Source of the DNA: Eledone cirrhosa
Taxonomy: Eukaryota
Assembly (NCBI GenBank): GCA_964016885.1
Contig: OZ024744.1
Coordinates: forward strand, 43,214,001 to 43,278,000
Direction: 5' to 3'
DNA length: 64,000 nucleotides
Position 1 is the first letter of the stretch. The number at the start of each line of letters is the position of its first letter. Position numbers and translations under genes: made by a program. The notes under the pieces are model-generated. The model had not been told where the DNA came from. It did not search any database and worked only from the letters and a program-made list of their open reading frames with translations. This document shows, piece by piece, positions 1 to 13,169 of this stretch.

Positions 1-1072
1 TCCTCTCCATATGAAATGTCATCTGATGTACCACAGGGATCTGTTCTTGGCTCCCTTTTGTTTGTGGCATATATTAATGACATAGATGCCTACTTAAAGA
101 ATGCCAGAGTACTGAAATATGTAGATGACATCAAGCTGTACCTTGAGATAAAAAGGACAGATCCTGAACACTATAGATCTTGCCTGCTATCTCACCTGGA
201 CACAATGCAACAATGGATGACAGACTGGCAACTCAAGCCAGCTGTTGACAAGTGCACAACCATGCATTTTGGGAGTAAAAACCCAGCGTCCACATACTCC
301 CTCCACAACACTAATATCAAGAAGTCTTCTTGTGAACGTGACCTGGACATTACAATCAGCAGCAATTTCTGTTGGACGAAGCACGTCTCTAAAATTGTCA
401 AGAAGGCCGAAGGTGTCTTAGCATCTCTCAGCAAGACCTTTGTCAGCCGCTCTCCAGCTATCTATTTAAAGCTGTACATAGCTATGGTGCGGCCACACTT
501 ACAATTTGCATCACCAGTCTGGAATCCCTATCTTGCTCAGAACATTGACTGCCTGGAAACTGTTCAGAGACGTGCAACCAAGCGAATACCCTCCATCGGG
601 CATCTACCATACTCTGAACGCCTTGCTTCCTCGGGCATGGATACATTGAAGCTCCGACATCTGGCAACTGACTTGGTAAACACCCACAAAATTATTAACC
701 ATCTTGCCAACAACAACACTGAGTACCTTTTTGATTTCCATGGGTCTAACACACGTGGGCATTCCCACAAAGTCAGAAAACAGCACAGCTCCCATGACTT
801 TCACAAACATTTTATCACGCTCAGAGTTGCTGAAGCATGGAACAAACTCCCTGCACCAGTTGTTAGCTGTCGAGACACTGCATCCTTTAAAACGTCCAGG
901 CTTCCTGAGATTTGCCAACACTACACCTAATATTACCCCTCCATACACATGCACACATGTATATCATGACTCATACACTATTCACTTCCCTGACATTTGT
1001 ATATTATTCTATGTACTATAAATGCACCTTTGATGAGTTGTAGTGCACCTGATCACTGTACACAATAATTTC

Positions 1073-1075
<3 letters not shown>
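1..1075 (+). mobile_element. CR1-like non-LTR retrotransposon, 3' part of RT ORF2 plus 3' UTR (decayed)
   Basis: VPQGSVLGxLLFxxYINDI and YVDDIKL RT motifs; C-terminal LETVQRRATK...TRGH...RVxxxWNKLP typical of CR1-group ORF2; ends at a (TA)n tract. Confidence 0.88.
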
Positions 1076-1120
<45 letters not shown>

Positions 1121-1164
1121 CATTCTCTTTCTCCATAAAATAATTTGTAAGGTAAAAATATATT

Positions 1165-1265
1165 AGTTTCTGATTTAGGACCAGGCCTACAATTTAGGGA
1201 AAGTCAATTAAATCGACCCCAGTACATTACTGGTACTTTATTTATCTAACCCATAAAGATAAAAA
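1165..1265 (-). mobile_element. Degenerate SINE fragment
   Basis: gtttct...aggcc...atcgaccccagtacattactggtactttattt resembles the SINEs at 5040, 6600 and 12042. Confidence 0.55.
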
Positions 1266-1500
1266 GTATAGGAAAGGTAGGAAGGGGAAGGTACATATAA
1301 AATAAAAACAATAATATGCTGCTCAAAAGTTACCAGGGGCATGTGAGGGAATTTCTTTTAGGATATTATCACAATGAGGACACAAGCTCTAAAATAGGGG
1401 AGTAGACTCTTACTTCCTGCTCCATAATTACAGTAAGTGCGATTGTGAATGACCTTGAAGTATATGTTTGGCTAACAGGGGAAAAGGGAGGTGAATCTTC

Positions 1501-1544
1501 CTATCTTGTTCTTTCTCCAGGTATGGTGTGTTGAGTACTACAGT
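1501..1544 (-). CDS. Candidate stop-containing exon: (N)CSTQHTIPGERTR*
   Basis: Strong acceptor tttttcttttaatcttatcatgtcag ending at 1545; phase-1 reading reaches TAG at 1503-1501; possible donor gtaagag at 1413. Confidence 0.4.
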
Positions 1545-4518
1545 CTGACATGATAAGATTAAAAGAAAAATACTAATTGTCATTTTACCTACAATATCCC
1601 ATATGTGTGTATATGACAGGTAGAAAGTGTTTCTATATGCATAAACATCTCTCTTTCTCTCTCTCTCTCTCTTTCTCTCTTCATATGCATATAAATATGT
1701 ACACACACAACACACACAAATATATATATATATATGTGTATAAGTGTGTGTGGGTGTGCACACTCACACCAACCACCATTACTTATTACATGATGTTCAA
1801 ATTATAACTTACTTTTTTTTGTAGGTTCAGGCTTCATTGAAGCAATGCGAGGAGACAATGCAATATGGTCAGCTAGAATATATAAACAAAATCATAGTAA
1901 ACCTACATGTATATTTACAAATAACATTACAAATACAAGAAACAGTTATTAGATTCATCATCTCTGATATATACATATATTCCACAACATCCAGTCCTAA
2001 ATAAATAAGGTCGTGTAGGTGTCACGACAAAAAAACACAAAGGCCACGCTGTAATGTGGCTGTGTAGGCAAAACTGTAAAAACCTCCCAGTCCACACTGT
2101 AAACGTGGTTGGTGTTAGGAAGGGCATCCAGCCATAGAAAACCTGCCAGATAGTCCCATACGAGCAAGACAACCAATCTTGTTTCAAGTGGGACAATTCC
2201 CGTCTAAACCCATGCTAGTGTTGAAGATAGACGTTAAACGATGATGATGATACACAAGGTCCAAACACAAATGGACCAAACTCCCGCTGTCTCAACCATT
2301 TATATATATATATATATATATATATAAATGGGAGGTATTCAAGATTGCGAGGCAGTGTGTCAGAGATAGTTGTGATGTCATTGGAGAGAAGTGTATCCGG
2401 AATGATAAAGGTGAGCTTGCCCTCACAAGTGCTGAGAAGAAAGATGCATGGAAGAGTCATTATGATAGATTACTATATGAGGAGAATGCATGGGAAGAAG
2501 AGACCCTACCCCACGTAGACCCTATAGAGGGACCAGCAGTACAAGTCAGCGGCAGCGTAGTAAGTAAGGCAATCAGAGATATGAAGATAGGGAAGGCAAC
2601 CGGTCCATCGGGTATAGCTGCCGAGATGCTGAAGGCATCTGGGTCTGTAGGTCACACTATAACCACACGTATCGTTAACCAGGTAATACTAGAGGGGGCC
2701 ATACCAAAAGATTGGTGCAGTAGCATCATTGTCAACTGCTACAAAGGTAAAGGCGATGCACTAGATAGAGGAAACTATAGAGGTATAAAGTTGATGGACC
2801 AGGTCATGAAAGTAACAGAAAGAGTTATAGCACAGCTGATTAGGGACCGGGTGAATATAGACGAGATGCAATTTGGGTTTGTACCAGGGAAAGGCACCAC
2901 TGATGCGCTCTTCCTTGTGAGGCAATTACAGGAAAAGTACCTAGCTAAAAGTAAGCCACTCTACTTGGCATTTGTCGACCTTGAGAAAGCCTTTGACAGA
3001 GTTCCACGTGCAGTAATCTGGTGGGCTCTTAGAAAACTAGGAGTAGATGAATGGCTTGTGAAAGCGGTACAAGCCATGTATAGGGGAGCAGTCAGCAAAG
3101 TTAGGATTGGCAATGAGTATAGCGAGGAATTTAGCGTACAGGTTGGGGTCCACCAGGGCTCTGTTCTTAGCCCTCTCCTGTTCATCATAGTCCTGCAGGC
3201 AATAACGGAGGAGTTTAAGACCGGATGCCCATGGGAACTCCTGTATGCTGATGACCTCGCACTCATAGCTGAATCTATGGTAGAACTAGAGAATAAATTC
3301 CAAACCTGGAAGCAGGGACTAGAGAGAAAGGGCCTCAAAGTCAACATGACAAAGACTAAGGTCCTTATAAGTAGACGAGAAAACAGAACCCAGATCCCCT
3401 CAGGGAAATGGCCTTGCTCAGTATGTAGGAAAGGTGTAGGTAGGAACTCCATTCTTTGCCCCAAATGCAAACAATGGGTACACAAGAGATGTAGCGGGAT
3501 CTCAGGAAGCTTAATTAAGAATGTAGGATTCACATGCAGCAGCTGTGCTGAAACAGCAAGCAAACAGCCATAGGAAACAAGTACCACCAATCTCTGGGAG
3601 GGCCCTGTAGAAACAGTAGACAGCTTCTGCTACCTAGGTGACCGAATTAGCAACGGAGGTGGGTGCTCAGAAAGTACAATAACTAGGGTAAGAACGGGAT
3701 GGAAGAAGTTTAGGGAACTACTACCACTGCTAGCTGCAAAAGGCTTCTCCCTCAGAATGAAAGGCAGACTGTATGATGCGTGTATCCGAACAGCGATGTT
3801 GCATGGTAGTGAGACCTGGGCGCTGAAGGTGGAAGACTTACGTAGATTAGAGAGAAACGAAGCCTGCATGCTCCGATGGATGTGTAACAGTAATATACGT
3901 GAACGACAAAGCATAAATGAATTGAGAGAGAGACTGAGCATAAGAGGAATCAAATGCTGCGTGCAGGAGAGGCGGTTACGCTGGTATGGACATGTGATGC
4001 GTATGAAGGATGACAGCTGCATAAAAAGGTGCAGAGCACTAGAAGTTGATGGAAACCGCGGAGTGGGGAGACCCAAGATGACTTGGGATGAGGTGATAAA
4101 AGCCGACCTTACCCAACTACACCTCTCAAAGTCAATGACACACGACCGTGACCTCTGGCGTCACGCAGTAATACAGGGTACCCGACCTCCCATGGGTACA
4201 TGCTGAAGCATATAAACAATATGCCCCCCCCCCCCCCCCCCCCCACACACCGCAAGGTGGTCGTGGAGGTGCCACGGCAAAAAAGCACCCAGCCCACACT
4301 GTAAAGTGGACGTGTAGGCGCCACGAAAAAGCACCCAGCACTCACTGTAAATGAGGTTGGTGTTAGGAAGGGCATCCAGCTGTAGAAATCAAGCCAGATC
4401 AGTTCCTGTATGAGCAAGGCATGGTCAGCCGACCAGACACTGCCCACAACAGGACAACCCGTCTAACCCATGCTAGCGTGGAAGAACGGACGTAAAACGG
4501 TGATGATGATGATGATGA

Positions 4519-4554
<36 letters not shown>

Positions 4555-7500
4555 GGAATAGAAAGAAACGAAATTTCATTTCTCACTGTTAGTACTGCAC
4601 TTACTTAAATGCAAACCGATAAACCGGTAAACCGATACGTGCATATATATATGTGTGCATGTATGTATATATATACATACTAGTGTATGTATATATATAT
4701 GTGTGCATTTATGTGTATATATACATACTACTGTATGTCTGTATACATATATGTATGTACGTATACATACATATATGTATGTACGTATACATACATACAT
4801 ACTTACATTTATATATATAGTGAGAGGATAAATTACTGAATAACTTATTAGATGATGTTCAAATTATAACTTACCCTTTTTAGTTGATTTTGGCTTGATT
4901 GAAGCACTGCGAGGGGACACTGTAATATGGTCACCTAGAATATATAAACGGCAAAGCATAAATGAACTAAGTGAGAAATTAGGAATAAGAGGGATCAGAT
5001 GCTGTTTACTCGAAAGAAGTCTATGTTTGTATGGTCACATAATTGTTTCTACTTTAGGCACAAGGCCAGCAATTATCCAGTGCATTACTGGTACTTTATT
5101 TTATCGACCCCGTAAGGATGAAAGGCAAAGTCAACCTCGGCGGGATTTGAACTCAGATCGTAAAGGGACGTAACTATGCTGGAAAACATGCGTCCAACCC
5201 TCTACCGATACTGCCAATGCGCATGAAAGATGACAGTATAAAAAAGTGCAGGGTGATCAAAATAGACGGAGTAGGCAGACCCAGAAAAACCTGGGACGAC
5301 TTGATAAAATCCGAACTCAGACACTTACACCTCTCCAAGACGATGTCACTGGACCGAGATCTTTGGTGCTATGTAGTAACACAGAAGACCCGCCTTGCTT
5401 TGTACCTACAGTCAGTAGGCACCTGTTAATCAAAATACACCCCCATCCCACTAACCCTTACCCCCACTGCCATCTACACCAGCCCTTTCGATGTAAAGCT
5501 ATGTTGGTACCACAACATCCAGTCCTAAATAAATGAGGTTGTGTAGGTGTCACGACGAAAAAACCATAAAAAGTACACGCTGTAATGTGGCCATGTAGGT
5601 AACACGGTAAAAACCTTCCAGTCCACACTGTTAACGTGGTTGGTGTTAGGAAGAGCATCCAGCCGTAGAAAACCCGCCAGACAGTTCTGAGCAAGACAAC
5701 TAATCTTGCCTCAAGTGGGACAATTCCTGTCCAGACCCATGCAAGCGTGGAAAATGGATGTTAAACGATGATGATGATGATGAAAATAATGTCCCTGGCA
5801 TATATATATATATACATATATTTAAATATAGAGAGAAAGTATAAATTACAGAATAACTTATTAGATGATGTTCAAATTATAACTTACCCTTTTCAGTTGA
5901 TTATTTCTCTATTGAAGCAATGCGAGGGGACACCGCAATATGGTCACCTAGAATATATAAACAAAATCATAGTAAACCTACATGTATATATACAAATAAC
6001 ATTACAAATACAGGAAACAGTTATTACATTCATTATCTCTGATATATACATATATACACCAGGTCCAAACACAAATGGACCAAACTCCCTCTGTACCAGG
6101 CATATATATATATACATATATTTATATACACAGAGAAAGGATAAATTACTGAATATATTAGATGATGTTCAAATTATAACTTACCCTTTTTAGTTGATTT
6201 TTGCTCCATTGAAGCCATGCGAGGGGCCACTGTAATATGGTCACCTAGAATATATAAACAAAATCATAGTAAACCTACATGTATATATACAAATAACAAT
6301 ATAAATGCAGGAAACAGTTATTAGATTCATTATCTCTGAAATATACATATATACACCAGGTCCAAACACAACTGTATTGAACGCCCTCTGTCCCTGATAT
6401 ATATATATATATACATATATTTATATATATAGAGAAAGGATAAATTACTGAATAACTTATTAGATGATGTTCAAATTATAACTTACCCTTTTTAGTTGAT
6501 TTTGGCTTGATAGGAGCACTGCGAGGGGACACTGTAATATGGTCACCTAGAATATATAAACAACATCATAGTAAACCTACATGTATATATACAAATAACT
6601 GTTTCTACGTTAGGCATAAGGCCAGCAATTACCCAGTGTAATATTGGTACTTTATTTTATCGACCCCGTAAGGGTGAAAGGCAAAGTTAACCTCGGCGGG
6701 ATTTGAACTCAGAATGGCAAGGGCCGTAACTCTATGCGTCAAAGCATGGCGTCCGACCCTCTACCGATACTGCCAATCCACTGCCTTTATATATACAAAT
6801 AACATTACAAATACAGGAAACAGTTATTAGATTCGTTATATCTGATATATACATATATACACCAGGTCCAAACACAAATGGACCAAACTGCCGCTGGCCC
6901 TGCCATTTACATATATATATATAACGAAAGGATTCAGGACGCCAACTGCTTAGCTCCGTAAATATACATTTACTACTAAATTTTCTATAATCATGCCAAA
7001 AGTCCTAATAAAGAAAATTAGACTTACATACACACGCACAGAGAGTGCACACACAGAACCTCACACTTACACAAACACAAACAGGGCTCACACACACTCA
7101 AAAAAGCATCACCGGACAAACACATCCAAACAGGTACACAATGAATTTATATACAACCCAATAAACCTATATGTATACATCAAAATACACATAACACCAG
7201 CATCACTTCATTTATATATGTACTTGCGATTTTATTCATTAGTTCCACCATACCAAATCTCCACATACCTCTTGCCGAATCTAGACGCATTGAGAATGTC
7301 ACTGAATTTGTAAACCACAAAGTGATTGCCATTGGTGTACCAGAAGACATAGTTGATCTACAGACATTTGCTGCCAGTTCATCCAAAGACATGGGCCGTG
7401 CTCTCCCTAAGCGTGTGTGTTCTAGGCCTTGGCCGACGAAGCCCGAAACCCAGGTTAATTAGACTGTCTTTTTCAAACTCAACTAAGGCACGTTCATATC

Positions 7501-7805
7501 TTTTGGCCTCTGATAAAGCTAGTCGTGAAAGTCGGATTGCCTTCCGAACACGCCCTGGTCTTTCAACTGATGTCCGCCCAAAGCTGCGTGCTGCAGCTTC
7601 CTTAAACCACAGCTCGGCAGAACATGAAAACTTCAGCCTACGTGATGATGGGCAGATATGGAAATTTATTAAGGCTGGTGAAACATGGAAAAGAGATACC
7701 AGCTCGTCTGAAAACACTGTACCCACAACAATATCCCATATGCGTGTATATGACAGGTAGAAAGTGTTTGTATATGCAAAAACATCTCTCTCTCTTTCTC
7801 TGTCA

Positions 7806-7837
<32 letters not shown>

Positions 7838-7866
7838 TTATATGCATATAAATATGTACACACACA

Positions 7867-7912
<46 letters not shown>

Positions 7913-10900
7913 ATATGTGTGTGTGCACACGCACACCAACCACCATTACTTATTTCATGACTTACTTTTTTTTGTAGGTTCAGTCTTCAATGAAGCAATG
8001 CGAGGAGACACTGCAATATGGTCACCTAGAATATATAAACAAAATCATAGTAAACCTACATGTATATTTACAAATAACATTACAAATACAAGAAACAGTT
8101 ATTAGATTCATCATCTCTGATATATACATATATACCACAACATCCAGTCCTAAATAAATAAGGTCGTGTAGGTGTTACGACAAAAAAACACACAGGACAC
8201 GCTGTAATGTTCCTGTGTAGGTAACACGGTAAAATCCTCCCAGTCCACACTGTAAATGTGGTTGGAGGTAGGAAGGGCATCCAGCCATAGAAAATCTGCC
8301 AGATAGTCCCATACGAGCAAGACAACCAATCTTGTTTCAAGTGGGACAATTCCCGTCTAAAGCCATGCTAGCATTGATGATTAAATGATGATGATGATGA
8401 TGATGATACACAAGGTCCAAACACAAATTGACCAAATTCCCGCTGTCTCAGCCATTTATATATATATCATCATCATCATCATCATCAACGTTTAACGTCC
8501 GTGTTCCACGCTTGCATGGGTTTGGACGGGGGTAGTCCCACTTGAGGCAAGAGTGATTGTCTTGCTCGCATAGGACTGTCTGGCAGGTTTTCTACAGTTG
8601 GATGCCCTTCCTAACACCAACCACATTTACAGTGTGGGTCTGGGAGGTTTTTACCGTGTTGCCTACACGGCCACATTACAGCGTGGACTGTGTGTTTTTT
8701 TGTCGTGACACCTACACGATCTCATTTGTTTCGGCCTCGAAGGCGCGGCACCAACATAACTTTACATAGAACGGGGTGGTGTGGATCGGGTGGGGGTGGG
8801 GGTGGTGGGACGGGGTGTATTTTGTTAGAGATGCCTACTGGCTGGAGTAGGTTTTACTATATATTTAGGTAAGGCGGGTCTTCTCTGTTACTGAGTACCG
8901 CCAAAGGTCTCGGTCCAGTGACATTGTCTTGGAGAGGTGTAAGTGTGTGATGTATATATATATATATATATAGGCTACTCAATGAGGAGAATAAATGGGA
9001 GAAAGAAAAGTGTCACTATGAAAGGCTACTCAATGAGGAGAATAAATGGGAGAAAGAAAGTGTCACTATGAAAGGCTACTCAAATGAGGAGAATAAATGG
9101 GAGAAAGACAGTCTCCCCCACATTGACCCAATAGAGGGACCAGCAGTGTTAGTCGAGGGTAGTATAATAAGTAAGGCAATCAAAGATATGAAGACAGGCA
9201 AGGCGGCTGGGCCTTCGGAAATAGTTGCCGAGATGCTGAAGGCATCTGGTACGGTGGGACACACCATGGTCACCCGGATAGTCAACCAAGTCATACAGAA
9301 TGGGGTTGTTCCGAAGGACTGGCGTAGCAGCATTATCGTTAACTGTTATAAGGGTAAAGGAGATGCCCTAGATAGGAGTAACTATAGAGGCATTGAATTA
9401 ATCGACCAGGTCATGAAGGTCACGGAAAAAGTAATAGCGCAACTAATCAGAGAGCGAATTGATCTAGATGAAATGCAGTTCGGGTTTGTGTCAGGAAAAA
9501 GTACCACAGACGCTCTTTTCATTGTACGACAACTACAGGAGAAGTACCTAGCTAAAAGTAAACCCCTATACTTAGCTTTCGTCGACTTGGAGAAGGCCTT
9601 CGACAGAGTGCCCCGTTCCATTATCTGGTGGGCTCTTAGAAAACTAGGTGTCGATGAATGGCTTGTGAGAGCTATACAAGCCATGTATAAAGAAACAGTC
9701 AGCAAGGTTAGAATTAACAACGAATATAGTGAAGAGTTTAGTGTAAAAGTTGGTGTTCATCAGGGCTCTGTTCTTAGCCCCCTACTATTTATTATTGCCC
9801 TCCAGGCTATAACAGTGGAGTTCAAGACCGGCTGCCCATGGGAACTCCTATATGCAGATGATCTAACGCTCATAGCTGAATCAATGGCCGAGCTAGAGAA
9901 GAAATTCCAAACATGGAAGCACGGGCTAGAATCAAAAGGCCTTAAAATTAACCTGGCTAAGACTAAAGTTCTAGTTTGTAAGAAAGAAAATAAGGCGGCG
10001 GTCCCCTCCGGGAAGTGGCCATGCGCAGAGTGTAGGAAAGGCGTAGGTTGAAATTCCATTTTGTGTCCCAAATGCAAAGTTTGGGTTCATAAAAGATGTA
10101 GTGGGATCACAGGTAAGCTAACTAAGAACATAGATTTTACATGTGGCCGGTGTTCTGGGGCAATAAATAGCATCAAGTGCCCACAAAATACTAGCTCTTT
10201 CAACTGCGCAGAGGGTTCTATAGAAATAGTGGACAGCTTCCGTTACCTGGGTGACAAAATCAGCAGTGGGGGAGGGTGCTCTGAAAGTACAGTAGCTAGA
10301 GTCAGAACTGGGTGGAAAAAGTTCAGAGAGCTTATACCACTATTAGCCGCTAAAGGGTTCTCCCTAAAAATGAAAGGCAGGTTATACGATGCCTGCATAC
10401 GAACAGCAATGTTGCATGGCAGTGAGACCTGGGCATTGTGTGCAGAGGATATACGCAGACTAGAGGTAAATGAAGCTTGCATGCTCCGCTGGATGTGTAA
10501 TAGTAATATACGTGAACGACAAAGCATAAACGAACTAAGGAAAAAATTAGGGATCAGATGTTGTTTACTAGAGAGAAGGCTACGTTGGTATGGTCACGTG
10601 ATGCGCATGAAAGTCGATAGCTGTATAACAAAGTGCAGGGCAATAAAGATAGACGGTAGCCACGGAATGGGCAGACCCAGAAAAACCTGGGACGAGCTGA
10701 TAAACTCCGACCTCACACACTTACACCTCACCAAGACAATGTCACTGGACCGAGACCTTTGGCGGTACTCAGTAATAGAGAAGACCCGTCTTACCTAAAT
10801 ACAAAGTAAAACCTACTACAGTCAGTAGGCATCTCTAACAAAATACACCCCGTCCCACCACCCCCACCCCATCCACACCGCCCCCTTCTATGTAAAGTTA

Positions 10901-13122
10901 TGTTGGTGCCACACCATCCAGGCCGAAACAAATGAGATCGTGTAGGTGTCACGACAAAAAAACACACAGTCCACGCTGTAATGTGGCCGTGTAGGCAACA
11001 CGGTAAAAACCTCCCAGACCCACACTGTAAATGTGGTTGGTGTTAGGAAGGGCATCCAACTGTAGAAAACCTGCCAGACAGTCCTATGCGAGCAAGACAA
11101 TCACTCTTGCCTCAAGTGGGAAAACCCCCGTCCAAACCCATTCAAGCGTGGAACACGGACGTTAAACGATGATGATGATGATGATGATGATAGTGAAAGG
11201 ACAAAATTATTGAATAACTTATTAGATGATATTCAAATTATAACTTACTCATTTTAGTTGATTTTGGCTCCATTACAGCACTGATAGGGGACACTGTAAT
11301 ATGGTCACCTAGAATATATAAACAAAGTCATAGTAAACCTACATGTATATATACAAATAACATTACAAATACAGGAAACAGTTATTAGATTCATTGTCTC
11401 TGATATATACATATATACACCAGGTCCAAACACAAATGGACTAAACTCCCGCTTCCCCTGCCATTTATATATATATATATATATACATATATATAATTAT
11501 ATATAGTGAAAGGATTCAGGAGGCCAACTAGTTAGCTCCGTAAATATAAATTTACCACTAAATTTTCTATAATCATGGCAACTGTTCTAATAAAGCAAAT
11601 TTATTCTTACATACACACACACAGAACCTCACACTCACACAAACACAAACAGAGCTGACACACACTCAAATAAGCATCACCGGACAAACGCACCCAAACA
11701 AGTACACAATGAATTTATATACAACCCAATATACCTATATGTATACATCAACATACACATAATACCAAGATGACTTCACTTATATATGTACACACTATTT
11801 TATTCATTAGTTCCACCATACACATTACATAAACTTCCATGTATACAAATATACAATATAACGTCAATTTGATATTAATGTTGAAACACGTGTAATAGTA
11901 TTCTGTACTAACTGGGTAGAAAATGTGTTTGAAATACAACTTACTTTCTTTTGATCCACCTTTGATAAGTGTGTCTGTTTGAGAGACAAAGATCGCTGCA
12001 AGAGTCATACCTGGAAAAAATTATACGGAAGAAAATAATAATGGTTTCTACTTTTGGAACACGGCCAGCAAATACTCAGTACATTACTGGTACTTTATTT
12101 TAATTGACCCCGTAAGGATGAAAGGCAAAGTTGACCTCGGCGGGATTTGAACTCAGATGGCAAGGACCGTAACTCTATGCCTCAATGCATAACGTCCGAC
12201 CCTCTACCGATACTGCCAATTCACCAATAAAAGCTAGAGGGCATCCATTGACAAGAGTTTGTTGTCAAGTTGAAGAAAGGGTAGAATAAGTTTTCTTTTA
12301 TTTAATCCACTAGATCCATTTATACGGGTTGTTTTGTCAATGACATGCTTACTTATCCCACAAATCTAAAACTTCCAAAAGGAGTAAAGTGTGGTTAGTC
12401 ATATGTGGGATGTCTAGAATTATGAGAGAAATATTCTAGTTTCCCACTGGTTCTGAAGAACAGATATATATACAGGCATAACCAAATATTTAGGGTAGTG
12501 GATGATGTAGTGGATAAGAGTGTGCAGTGTATGAACAATGAAGTGAGACAAGAAATGGTGAAGAACTGTAGGATGAAGTTTTGATAAAGAAGAGAATACT
12601 GATCTCTGAAATAATTCAAACTACCTCAATGAATCTAGTGCAACATTTATCTTCTCATTTGAACCACATATAATGTCATTCTTTCTCAGCTATCTCTGAC
12701 AATGCCCTAAAAAGTCTAGCTATACTTTTGTCATCATTACAAGGTCTTTGAGAAAGTCAATAAAATGTTTATTCTGGATTATGTTATGGAGTTTGTAATA
12801 TAGAGTTTGATATTGTTGACTGAATTAAGTAGTTATAAATTTACTATTGAAAACCTAAATAAGTTACTGAATAACTTATTACATGATGTTTAAATTATAA
12901 CTTACTCTTTTCAGTAGCTTCAGGCTTCATTGCAGCACTGGGAGGGGACACTGTAATATGGTCACCTAGAATATATAAACAACATCATAGTAAACCTACA
13001 TGTATATATACAAATAACATTACAAATGCAGGAAACAGTTATAAGATTCATTATCTCTGATATATACATATATACACCAGGTGCAAAGACATATGGACCA
13101 ACCTCCCTCTGTCCCTGGCATA

Positions 13123-13169
<47 letters not shown>

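Larger units (their letters stand above)
5795..6600. repeat. Three ~300-bp tandem units, each with one micro-exon and a TA tract
   Basis: Exon spacing of 297 and 302 bp with homologous flanks. Confidence 0.85.

Noticed and set aside
1428-1807. YI/HT/ER-rich ORFs (also 4576, 5768, 6993, 7764, 13026)
   Set aside because: They are translations of dinucleotide microsatellites and intron sequence.
2961-4447. Long antisense ORFs over RTE copies (also 9076-10527 and 15397-16658)
   Set aside because: They are shadows of the RT coding strand.
6600-6787. tRNA genes at the A/B-box sequences
   Set aside because: No cloverleaf or acceptor stem; they are followed by a SINE core and tail, and one copy has a TSD.
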